NCBI GenBank assembly: GCA_016840165.1
Contig: JAEOSU010000041.1
Coordinates: 1-56,220 of the forward strand
DNA length: 56,220 nt
Reading direction: 5' to 3'
Source of the DNA: Promethearchaeota archaeon
GTDB lineage: Archaea; Asgardarchaeota; Lokiarchaeia; Sigyniarchaeales; SOKP01
In this document: positions 1 through 8,686 of the stretch, piece by piece
Layout: the number at the start of each line of letters is the position of its first letter
Numbering within the stretch: position 1 is the first letter of the stretch
Position numbers and translations under genes: made by a program
Notes under the pieces: generated by a model
What the model saw: only the letters and a program-made list of their open reading frames with translations
Told to the model about the DNA's origin: nothing
Databases searched by the model: none

Positions 1-1
1 A

Positions 2-781
2 ATTCATAAAAATACTAAGAAAAACATAAATGATATCATTCTAATTGAAACTCCAGTGGATATCATTGTAAATGGAAAACCATTAGTAAATATAATTTGC
101 TTGGCTAAAGATCTTAAATATTTAGGCATCGGGTTCTTATATTCAATAGGTATGATCAATTCCTTTCAAGATATTGAAAATATATCGGTAGATGAAGTAG
201 AAAACAAAATCGATATTAGTCTTAAAAAGAATATTGAAGTTGATTTTAGCCTCTTACAAGAAAATCCAGTAAGTAGAGTTATTGATACCAGTTGTGGGAT
301 CTCGTCACCATGGAGAGAGATGATTAAAAGCTCATTAAATAAACAAAAATTAAATTTTCAAAAGAAAAACGATTTTAAAGTAAGCGCAGAGACAATTTCT
401 AAAGCTATCCTTGAGATGCAAAAAAAGACGCCTTTATTTAAAGAGACAGGGGGATGTCATGGAGCTGCGATATTTGACCACACAGGGAGATTAATCAGCG
501 TTTTAGAGGATATAGGTAGGCATAACGCAATAGATAAAATTATTGGTTATGCATTGAGTAATAAAATCGAAATGAGTCATATTTTTTTAACTACAACTGG
601 TCGACTAACGGGAGATTCTGTACTAAAGGCTATAAGAGCAAATATTCCTATATTAGCATCGTTATCAGCAGCAATCGAGTCAGGAGTAAGATTAGCATTT
701 GGATACGGATTAACTTTAATTGGATTTGTACGCGGCAAAAAAATGAATATTTATGCTCATCCTCATAGAATTAAAGTGTAA
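2..781 (+). CDS. fdhD: Formate dehydrogenase accessory sulfurtransferase FdhD (5' end cut by window edge)
   Basis: Motifs TSCGI, F..TGGCHGAA, EDIGRHNAIDK, TTGRL, TLIGFVR. The frame is open from position 2 (IHKNTKKNINDIILIETPVDIIVNG), so the true start is upstream of the window. Confidence 0.92.
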   Translation: MHKNTKKNINDIILIETPVDIIVNGKPLVNIICLAKDLKYLGIGFLYSIGMINSFQDIENISVDEVENKIDISLKKNIEVDFSLLQENPVSRVIDTSCGISSPWREMIKSSLNKQKLNFQKKNDFKVSAETISKAILEMQKKTPLFKETGGCHGAAIFDHTGRLISVLEDIGRHNAIDKIIGYALSNKIEMSHIFLTTTGRLTGDSVLKAIRANIPILASLSAAIESGVRLAFGYGLTLIGFVRGKKMNIYAHPHRIKV

Positions 782-920
782 AATCTATTGTTTTACTAAA
801 AAATAATGTAATCCATAATACATGATTTATTAAAAAATATACTAAGAATTAAATGGAAATATTTATCTAATCAATATAATAACTAATTTACATAATAACT
901 GAAAACCTAATTTAAAAGAA

Positions 921-1532
921 GTGAACAAAATGGAGAATAAAAAGTGGATTTTATTAACTTTGATTGGCGGCGTATTAATGATAATAGGCTCAGCAGTTGG
1001 AAGCATAGCCTTTTATGAGTTTTTGTATAATATATTAGCAGATTATGTTGCTGAAGACTTAAAACCCTTAATTTCGGCAATTTTAGCTATTATAAGCTTT
1101 TTAGCAGCGGGAGGAGGTTATACCGTAATTGCAGGTCTAATTCTCTTCATGATTAAACAGTATAGACTAGGCAGAATTATTATATCTTTCGGAACGGGTT
1201 TTGGTTTAATTGGAATAATAGTCTATATTACTTATTATATAGTAAATGTCACTGGAATAATAACTAATCCAACTGTGCTCGCTTATTTAACGCAAATATA
1301 TGGATTATTCTCATTTAATTCTGGCTTCGGATTCGCAGGTACAATCCTCGCAGTTATCGGGAGAATGGGTTTGAAAAAACCAAAGACAATAGTAAAAGAA
1401 GAACCAGTATCAGAGGAGGAATCTGCAGAAGTAATTGATACTCAAATAAAATATTGTCCTAATTGTGGAAATGCGATACCTCTTAATGCGAATTTTTGTA
1501 GCGAGTGTGGCGCAGATTTTGAAGAACGATAA
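921..1532 (+). CDS. Four-TM membrane protein with C-terminal zinc ribbon
   Basis: Four hydrophobic segments, then CPNCG...FCSECG. Paralogous to the next ORF. Confidence 0.8.
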   Translation: MNKMENKKWILLTLIGGVLMIIGSAVGSIAFYEFLYNILADYVAEDLKPLISAILAIISFLAAGGGYTVIAGLILFMIKQYRLGRIIISFGTGFGLIGIIVYITYYIVNVTGIITNPTVLAYLTQIYGLFSFNSGFGFAGTILAVIGRMGLKKPKTIVKEEPVSEEESAEVIDTQIKYCPNCGNAIPLNANFCSECGADFEER

Positions 1533-1545
1533 GGAGGAATGATAA

Positions 1546-2058
1546 ATGCAACATAAAACTGGATTTATTCTTTTATTTATTGGTGGGATATTAATGATTA
1601 TTAGTTGGACTGTAGGAACTATAAAAGTGTTTGATTTTTTATACAATGTTATCGTAAACCAATGGCCACAATCTCAACCAATCGCATCAATAGTATTAGA
1701 TATATTCCAATGGATCGCAGATTTAGGAGGAGTTGCCGTTATCGTTGGAGCATTTTTAATACTATTGGGCGCTGTAAGACTAGGTAAATTCATAATATGG
1801 ATTGGATTAGCTTTTGGTTTGTTTGCATTAATAATTTGGGTTGTAAGTCAGATTGTTAATCTAACAGGAATTATCACTGATCCAATCATCCTTACTTATT
1901 TAAATCAACTTTATGCTCAATTCAGTTATGGTTCGGGATTATCTTTCATGGGGGTTGTAATCGCAATTATAGGACGAGCATTTGTACGAAAAGTAAAGAA
2001 GAAAGAACCAGAGAAGTATGAAGTAATCGAAGGATTCGATGCAGAAGAAACGATCTAA
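1546..2058 (+). CDS. Four-TM membrane protein, tandem paralog of 921-1532 without the zinc ribbon
   Basis: Shared motifs IGG.LMII..VG.I, RLG..II..G..FGL, IVN.TGIIT.P..L.YL.Q.Y. AAGGAGG ribosome-binding site upstream. Confidence 0.8.
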   Translation: MQHKTGFILLFIGGILMIISWTVGTIKVFDFLYNVIVNQWPQSQPIASIVLDIFQWIADLGGVAVIVGAFLILLGAVRLGKFIIWIGLAFGLFALIIWVVSQIVNLTGIITDPIILTYLNQLYAQFSYGSGLSFMGVVIAIIGRAFVRKVKKKEPEKYEVIEGFDAEETI

Positions 2059-2230
2059 ATTAAAGCTATTTCTTTTTATTATGATATACCTTCTTTTTTT
2101 CTTGTTTTATTAGTAATAACAATGAAGCAAGTCTATGAACTTATTTACCAAATTTTTTAATAAAGTTAGTATTTAACCATTTAATATTATTACAAATTAC
2201 ATTTAAATTTGAAATGGTGAAAAGAAAAGA

Positions 2231-3631
2231 ATGCCTATACCTGTAGCGTTTATGCAGTTATCATCGTGCTGGGGATGCCATCAGAGCCTATTGAACGCTC
2301 ATTTAGGGTTGCTTCCTATCTTACCCGAATTAGATATTGTTTATTGGCCGGCTGTGGTAGATTTTAAGCATGAATCCTTAGTTAAAAGAGAAGATGGAAG
2401 TATTGTGGTTGGATTCATTGAAGGCGTTGCGAGAACTAAACAAGACACTGCAAATATTAAACTAATGAGAAAAAAATGTACAATTATTGTTGCAATTGGA
2501 GCATGCGCCTGTTATGGAAGTGTAAAGGGGCTAGCTAATTTATATGATAAAGAGGAGTTAATTAATAGAAAATTCAAGGAAGTAGAGTCGATCACTGATG
2601 AAGACCCTCAAGAACCAACTGTTAATGTACCGGGAATAGAGGATTTTATTATTAATGTAAAGGATATTGTAGATGTAGATGTATTCATTCCGGGTTGCCC
2701 TCCAACAACTGAAAATATCATTGCTGCGATTTCCTATCTATTATCGCTAGTAGGAGAGGGACCAGAATCGCTCGATAAGAGTAAAACAGTATGCGATACA
2801 TGTAAGTTATTTGAGAAGGGGTGTTTTCTAGATCAAGGAAAACTCTGTTATGGTCCAATCACAGCTGCAGGATGCGAACTTATGTGTCCTCACAATGGAG
2901 ATGTGTGTTATGGATGCTTTAAACCTAGTAATAAACCAAGTAAGAAAGCAGAGCAACTGCAAAAATTACTTCATAATATAGAAGTATTAGATAATGAATC
3001 GGCAGCGAGTCTGCAACATTTTCTTGATTTATACTTAGGAGTTGCCAATATCACGAATTTTTATTTTCGGGGTGATTTACTCCAGCGTCTGGCGTATGAG
3101 CCTGATAGTTTCGAAGTAAAGGAAATTGAAACAGATAATGGTCCAAAATTAGTATTAGATACGTCTACCACTGGAAATAAAATAATGGATAATATTGTTG
3201 GGTATTCATTATATTTACTAAAAAATGATCCTCTCTTTAAATTTAGCTCTAAAACTGTATGCAGTCATTGCGAGCGTGAAGTAGCAGATAAAGTTCCAAC
3301 TGATTTAAAGCGTGATTATCAGGGATTACCAACCATGGATAAATGCTTTTTAGAACAAGGATATATCTGTTTAGGACCAGTAACTCAAGCGGGATGCGGA
3401 ACAATCTGTCCGAATAAAGCAAATGCACCATGCCTTGGATGTTATGGTCCACCAGTTGGAATTGAGGATCAAGGGTCAAAATTTATCAGCACTCTTGGCT
3501 CTTTATGTGCGGATAAGGATCCATCAGAAATTATGAAACTAATTAAAGATCCCGCAGGCTTATTTAATAGATTCACCTTAGCAGATAGTATTTTAGGTCA
3601 TAAATATCATGATAAAATGGAGGAGAAATAA
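2231..3631 (+). CDS. vhuG: F420-non-reducing [NiFe(Se)] hydrogenase small subunit (VhuG/MvhG), extended by a duplicated Fe-S domain
   Basis: SSCWGC, GACACYG and IPGCPP motifs. Two copies of TVC..C...CFL.QG..C.GP.T.AGC...CP......C.GC. Confidence 0.9.
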   Translation: MPIPVAFMQLSSCWGCHQSLLNAHLGLLPILPELDIVYWPAVVDFKHESLVKREDGSIVVGFIEGVARTKQDTANIKLMRKKCTIIVAIGACACYGSVKGLANLYDKEELINRKFKEVESITDEDPQEPTVNVPGIEDFIINVKDIVDVDVFIPGCPPTTENIIAAISYLLSLVGEGPESLDKSKTVCDTCKLFEKGCFLDQGKLCYGPITAAGCELMCPHNGDVCYGCFKPSNKPSKKAEQLQKLLHNIEVLDNESAASLQHFLDLYLGVANITNFYFRGDLLQRLAYEPDSFEVKEIETDNGPKLVLDTSTTGNKIMDNIVGYSLYLLKNDPLFKFSSKTVCSHCEREVADKVPTDLKRDYQGLPTMDKCFLEQGYICLGPVTQAGCGTICPNKANAPCLGCYGPPVGIEDQGSKFISTLGSLCADKDPSEIMKLIKDPAGLFNRFTLADSILGHKYHDKMEEK

Positions 3632-3633
3632 AA

Positions 3634-4938
3634 ATGGTAAAGGAAATAGAAGTTGAACCTGTCACACGATTAGAAGGCCATGGAGGTTTGCGAATAGTAA
3701 TAGGAGACGATGGGAAAGTAAAGGATGCCCAATTTAATGTTACCTCAACTCGATTTTTCGAGAAGTTCTGCGAAGGACGGTACGCGGAGCATGTACCCCG
3801 TATCACCCCTCGAATTTGTGGTATTTGTCCTATTCCTCATCATCTGACGCCTACTAAAGCGGTGGAAGATGCATGGGGCGTGGAAATTCCCGAGTCCGCG
3901 TATAAATTGCGTCAATTGTTAATAAATGCGAAACAATATTCCTCGCATGTCCTGCATTTCTACGCATTAGCGGCACCTGACTTTCTCTTAGGACCGTTTG
4001 CCGATCCTGCCTTACGAAATGTTGTTCACGTGATTAACAAGATGCCCGATGTGGGAGCAATGGCGTTAAAGATGATGGATTTCGGCCAGAAACTTTGTGC
4101 AGAAATTGGTGGGAAATCAGTCCATCCTATTTCCGCTATTGTAGGAGGAATGAAGAAGCCGATGGATGAAGATGCCCGAGACAGATTCTTAAGGCAAGTA
4201 GACGAACAGATCGAGTTTACAAAAAAGACAGTAGATATTGGCTTGAAAGTGGTTGAAGATTATTGGGATGTGGTGGCAAACGTCGGAGTGGTTCCCACAT
4301 ATTATCTTGGTATGACTAAAAACGGTATCCATGATATTTATGATGGGGATATTCGAATTGTCACTCCTGATGGGGAAAAGCTTGATTATGATGTTCACAA
4401 ATATTTGGATGTACTTGGAGAGCACATCCCAGAGCATTCATATGCAACTCACATGTACTATAAGCCCGCAGGATATCCAGAAGGTATTTATCGGGCCAAT
4501 ACCTTAGCGATGATCAATGCCGCTGACAAGATGGCGACACCTTTAGCAGATGACGCTCTAAAAGCATTTCGAGATAAAATTGGTCCAATTTCGCATCATA
4601 CGTTTGCATATCACTGGGCACGCCTAATTGAAACGGTTGAGGCAATCGAACTTATCAAAAACCTACTAGAGGATCCTGATGTTGTCAATCCTGATTGTAA
4701 AACATTAGACATCGAGCCAAAAGAAGGTGTTGGAGTAGGAGTCACCGAAGCACCTCGAGGACTTCTGTTATATAATATCTGGAGCGATGCTGAAGGAATT
4801 TGTAAGAAACTAAATTTACTTGTTGCAACCAACCACAATATTGCGGGCATTGAAAAGTCATTAATGCATACCGCTAAGCAAGTATTTGAAGACAAGGCGT
4901 TAGAAGGACTTAAATTACCAGATCCTTGGATAAAATAA
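3634..4938 (+). CDS. vhuA: Group 3c hydrogenase large subunit, split type lacking the C-terminal metal-binding motif
   Basis: PVTRLEGHG, L1 motif RICGICP and EAPRG are present. The protein ends at LPDPWIK with no DPCxxC L2 motif, which is supplied by 6477-6629. Confidence 0.92.
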   Translation: MVKEIEVEPVTRLEGHGGLRIVIGDDGKVKDAQFNVTSTRFFEKFCEGRYAEHVPRITPRICGICPIPHHLTPTKAVEDAWGVEIPESAYKLRQLLINAKQYSSHVLHFYALAAPDFLLGPFADPALRNVVHVINKMPDVGAMALKMMDFGQKLCAEIGGKSVHPISAIVGGMKKPMDEDARDRFLRQVDEQIEFTKKTVDIGLKVVEDYWDVVANVGVVPTYYLGMTKNGIHDIYDGDIRIVTPDGEKLDYDVHKYLDVLGEHIPEHSYATHMYYKPAGYPEGIYRANTLAMINAADKMATPLADDALKAFRDKIGPISHHTFAYHWARLIETVEAIELIKNLLEDPDVVNPDCKTLDIEPKEGVGVGVTEAPRGLLLYNIWSDAEGICKKLNLLVATNHNIAGIEKSLMHTAKQVFEDKALEGLKLPDPWIK

Positions 4939-4994
4939 TTATTTTTTAAATTAGAAAATATTGAAAATGAATAAGAAAGAAGTGGATAAAAAAA

Positions 4995-5492
4995 ATGGTA
5001 AAGGTTGACTATGAATTTAGAAAAAGAATAATGGACGCTCATATCATTGACACGTTAAAATATTGCTATCAATGCAATCGCTGTACTGATGTGTGTCCGA
5101 TTGCTAATATTGCCCCTGATAGATATAACCCAAGGAGTCTTATCTTAAATTCATTTTTAGGGTTTAAATCGACAATTTTTGACAACGAGGATAATTTTTT
5201 CATTTGGGGGTGTACTGTATGCGATACATGCGATGAGGTCTGTCCCCAGAAAATTGAACTCACTGAAGTGTTTACGGTTTTAAAAAATATATCAATAGCC
5301 GAGGGAAAAGGTCCTGACTATTATACCACTCAAGCGTCAGCCATATATGAAAGTGGTAAAGCAATTCCCTCCCAACCCGCTATTGAAAGACGAAGAGAAC
5401 AAATGTCTCTTCCCCAAATTGAGCCACCGAATGTTGAGGAGGTTCAAAAAATTTTAAATCAAACAAAATTAAATAAAATTATAAATAAATAA
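4995..5492 (+). CDS. hdrC: Heterodisulfide reductase subunit C
   Basis: CYQCNRCTDVCP and WGCTVCDTCDEVCP ferredoxin motifs; lies directly upstream of hdrB. Confidence 0.9.
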   Translation: MVKVDYEFRKRIMDAHIIDTLKYCYQCNRCTDVCPIANIAPDRYNPRSLILNSFLGFKSTIFDNEDNFFIWGCTVCDTCDEVCPQKIELTEVFTVLKNISIAEGKGPDYYTTQASAIYESGKAIPSQPAIERRREQMSLPQIEPPNVEEVQKILNQTKLNKIINK

Positions 5493-5508
5493 AAATGAGG
5501 AAGTAATT

Positions 5509-6399
5509 ATGGCAAAAGCTGAATCGGAATATAAACTTTTTCAGGGCTGTACCATCGGTAATCGTATTCCATTTATTGAAGCTAGTGCGCGTAAGGTTTT
5601 TGATAAATTAGGGATAAAAACCTCAGAGGGTCCTTTCGCTTGTTGTCCCGATCCGGTAGGATTCAATGCTGTGGATCATACCAGTTGGTTAGCAATGGGG
5701 GCGCGAAATCTCACGATAGCTGAAGCAGAAAATAAAGATATCGTTTCTCTCTGCAATGGGTGCTTCCAAACTCTTAAAGCGGTAAATCAAGAGTTGAAAC
5801 ATAATGAACATGAAAAGCAAAAGATAAATGATATTCTAAAAACAGTGAAACGTGAATTTAAGGGATCTATTAATGTGAAGCATTTTGTTGAGGTGTTATA
5901 TGATATTGGAGTCGAGAAAATTAAGGAACAAGTGAAAAAGGAGTTAACTGGTTTAAAAGTTGCATGTCATACGGGTTGTCATTATAATCGGCCATCAGAG
6001 GTAATGCAAACTGATGATCCAATGAAACCAAAGAAACTTAGAGAATTAGTAGCTGCAGTTGGAGCTACACCAGTAGATTATGAAGAGGAGATGCTTTGCT
6101 GCGGAGCTGGGACTGGAAATGCTGAAGAGGAACCCTCGATGCAAGTTTTAGCAAACAAATTTAATAGCGCATTAGACGCAGGAGCAGAAATATTCGTAGT
6201 AGTGTGCCCAGCGTGTTTTCAGCAAATGGATACTAACCAAAAGAAAGCAGGAGAGCAATCAAACAACACTTATAACATACCAATCTTATATCTCACCGAA
6301 TTATTTGCATTAGCATTTGGAGAAAATCCCGATGATTTAGGACTGAAATTTCATCGAAGCAGACTCACATCATTCTTAGAAAAATATGGATTCAAATAA
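5509..6399 (+). CDS. hdrB: Heterodisulfide reductase subunit B
   Basis: FQGC, CCP, ARNL..AE, CNGC, HTGCH, CCGAG and CPAC motifs (two CCG domains). Confidence 0.92.
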   Translation: MAKAESEYKLFQGCTIGNRIPFIEASARKVFDKLGIKTSEGPFACCPDPVGFNAVDHTSWLAMGARNLTIAEAENKDIVSLCNGCFQTLKAVNQELKHNEHEKQKINDILKTVKREFKGSINVKHFVEVLYDIGVEKIKEQVKKELTGLKVACHTGCHYNRPSEVMQTDDPMKPKKLRELVAAVGATPVDYEEEMLCCGAGTGNAEEEPSMQVLANKFNSALDAGAEIFVVVCPACFQQMDTNQKKAGEQSNNTYNIPILYLTELFALAFGENPDDLGLKFHRSRLTSFLEKYGFK

Positions 6400-6476
6400 A
6401 AAATAACAGTTAGTTTTTTTAATAATAACTAAAATAATCAGATTATAGAAAGTAATAAGATTTATGAGGATATGTC

Positions 6477-6629
6477 ATGAGTGAAGAAGTACCTGAAGGA
6501 GTGGTAAATCTTTTAGAAATGATAGTTCGTTGTTATGACTGTTGACTATCGTGTGCCGCGCACATCACGGTTGTTGATGAGGAAGGCACGGAGATTTACT
6601 CTCGTAAGTTAAATGTTGGCTTAGGATGA
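6477..6629 (+). CDS. vhuU: Selenoprotein VhuU (C-terminal peptide of the split [NiFeSe] hydrogenase large subunit); not in the ORF track
   Basis: Hand translation: MSEEVPEGVVNLLEMIVRCYDC-U-LSCAAHITVVDEEGTEIYSRKLNVGLG*. TGA at 6543-6545 occupies the first metal-ligand position of the L2 motif. GAGGA lies upstream of the ATG and a SECIS-like hairpin sits at the 3' end. Confidence 0.93.
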
Positions 6630-6665
6630 ATATCTAATAAAAATAAGAGATTGGATATGACTGCC
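6618..6665 (+). promoter_or_regulatory. Eukaryote-like (Loki-type) SECIS element
   Basis: AUGA-A (6626-6630), stem UAUCUAAU (6631-6638) pairing with AUUGGAUA (6650-6657, one G-U), loop AAAAAUAAGAG, then UGAC (6658-6661). A lower helix GGC..AG/CUGCC is possible. Confidence 0.85.
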
Positions 6666-6739
6666 CTGTGCGGGTAAAAGCTGACACATACTCTTTTTCT
6701 TTTTGAAGATGTTTTAAGATAAATAAGATAAAAAAATGA

Positions 6740-7624
6740 TTATTTTTGTACAATTCGATATACTTTCTTAGCAAATTCGGGTTGATACTTAAAAAAATTA
6801 TTGGAATCAAATGTAATTAAGCGAAAAGTAACTTTGATAAAGCTATATAATCCTGAAATACGATATCGTGGTTTAAATCCAAATTTTTCTTCATAATCTT
6901 CGCAAAGTTGGTCAATCTTTTCAAGCTTCTTTCTAAATTGAGGGAAATAAAATTCATTTGTAAATACAAAATTATGGATTTTTGGATTTTCTTTTCGTTT
7001 AAATGCCGACTCGAAAACATTTCTTAAGTATGATTCCTTATTCCTTTCCAAATCTTCTTCTACAATCGGAGGATATCCTTCTTGCTCTGCTTGATCTATT
7101 TTCTTTTTAAATTGAAGAAAATCTTTGATATTTTCAAGTTTCAACGAGTATTTAACGATTTTTGCGGAAATAACATCAGAATTTGAAATTTCAATAAAAA
7201 TGTTATCAAACGTTTCAATAGTAGTTTTAGTTAAATTTATTTTTCTTATAGCTCCATAAGCATCTCCAATACTTACAATATCGTCGAGTTCAAAAGGGTC
7301 TAATATTATTAACGCGATTCCAGAGACTAAATTCTCAAAAATTCCACTTGAGGCAAATGCAATAGCAACGCTTACAGAGCTAGTTATAATTGCTACATAT
7401 TCAGCTGGCAGTGTTTGAAAGAATGGTAGCCCTTCAATCAACAAGTATACAATAATTAAGACTACAAATAATCTAAGAGAGAACCTAAGAATTAATTTCC
7501 TTTTTGGAGATATATTTTTAGTCTTTTTTACCGTTGAACTAATTAATTTATAAATTAATAATACAATAGCAGTAACGATTCCTACAATAAGAAGATCAAC
7601 AAAAAGATTATTTGTGAACGCTAT
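6740..7624 (-). CDS. mscS: Small-conductance mechanosensitive channel family protein; probable ATA start at 7624 (ORF track start 7444)
   Basis: FENLVSGI.L....PFELDDIVSIG...G.I.KINL.KT MscS signature. The frame stays open 60 codons upstream of 7444 and encodes two more hydrophobic segments. GAGGTGA precedes the ATA. Confidence 0.82.
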   Translation of the reverse strand: MAFTNNLFVDLLIVGIVTAIVLLIYKLISSTVKKTKNISPKRKLILRFSLRLFVVLIIVYLLIEGLPFFQTLPAEYVAIITSSVSVAIAFASSGIFENLVSGIALIILDPFELDDIVSIGDAYGAIRKINLTKTTIETFDNIFIEISNSDVISAKIVKYSLKLENIKDFLQFKKKIDQAEQEGYPPIVEEDLERNKESYLRNVFESAFKRKENPKIHNFVFTNEFYFPQFRKKLEKIDQLCEDYEEKFGFKPRYRISGLYSFIKVTFRLITFDSNNFFKYQPEFAKKVYRIVQK

Positions 7625-8589
7625 TAGAAATCACCTCTTTGCTTTTTATCAATCATTAGATCTACTGGAAAGTCGCCATCCCAATTTTCGAAGACTTCTT
7701 CGCTGTATAATTTATATAGCAAATCTTTTAGAAATTCGTTTACATGTAAAACGATTAATTTTGGATTTTCACATATTAATTGGATGGTGACACTACATCC
7801 AGAAAAAGTTGTGAAATTCACGTAGTAAATCGGTCTAAATCCTAACAGTGGTTCATATTTATCAAAAACTACATCAAGTAAATGATGCAACTTATCGGGA
7901 TCAATGTTTGGTCGAACCTCAATAGTTTTAATATAGCGCGTGATTTTATTTCCTTTTGAGATGAGCCGAGTTAATTTATCTCCATATTTCTCAAAAAATC
8001 CTCGGTCTTCCTCACTTAAATTTTCATTTTTATCGAGCAAAGTTTTATATGTAAATTTCGTTATCTTCGAATTGAAAACTAATTGATTAGGTAGTAGAGT
8101 TAAGATTCCATTAAACTGACGAATTTGAGTATAATTAAGAGAAATATCTTCAACTATTCCTTGAACACCATTCGTTTCAATTAGATCTCCTACATCAAAG
8201 CCTTCTGCTAAAATTATCATAGCACCTGAGACAATATTATTGATTCGATTCCGAAAGGTTAATGATATAGCTACGATTAAGAAGGAAGTTATTGCCAGAC
8301 CATAATTCTCATCAAGTGAAAAAATAAGCCATAATACAAAACCAACCCATATTAAATTAATTACTACAGAAAAGAGGAATTTTGATACCTTACCTTTCAT
8401 AGTGGAATTAATAATGCCTAAGAAGATCGTTCTTATAATATATACAACTATATTCACGATAATTGGAAAAAGATAATTACTCCAAAGTAATTCTCTGTTG
8501 AGCCAGAGGTCAATTGGTAAATAAAAGAAAGCACTTATTATTAGGACTAAAACAGCTGCCCAGATTAAAATTTTATATATTTTTTTCAT
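7624..8589 (-). CDS. mscS: Small-conductance mechanosensitive channel family protein
   Basis: INNIVSGAMI...F.VGDLIE..GVQG.VEDISL.YTQIR......LPN signature after several TM helices. Confidence 0.88.
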   Translation of the reverse strand: MKKIYKILIWAAVLVLIISAFFYLPIDLWLNRELLWSNYLFPIIVNIVVYIIRTIFLGIINSTMKGKVSKFLFSVVINLIWVGFVLWLIFSLDENYGLAITSFLIVAISLTFRNRINNIVSGAMIILAEGFDVGDLIETNGVQGIVEDISLNYTQIRQFNGILTLLPNQLVFNSKITKFTYKTLLDKNENLSEEDRGFFEKYGDKLTRLISKGNKITRYIKTIEVRPNIDPDKLHHLLDVVFDKYEPLLGFRPIYYVNFTTFSGCSVTIQLICENPKLIVLHVNEFLKDLLYKLYSEEVFENWDGDFPVDLMIDKKQRGDF

Positions 8590-8686
8590 ATCTCATTATA
8601 TTTATACGCAAAATTTAAGCATTACTCCTAGAAAATATTTATTTAAGTTAAAAAAGCAACTATTGTATTATCTATTCAGATTGACT

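Noticed and set aside
4611-5042. Antisense and alternate-frame ORFs in the track (e.g. 4611-5042, 8817-9143, 47098-47571, 52246-52692)
   Set aside because: They overlap well-supported genes and have no recognisable motifs; treated as shadow ORFs.
6657-6695. Second possible AUGA...CUGA kink-turn/SECIS just downstream of the first
   Set aside because: It overlaps and competes with the better hairpin at 6626-6661, and its stem is short and irregular.
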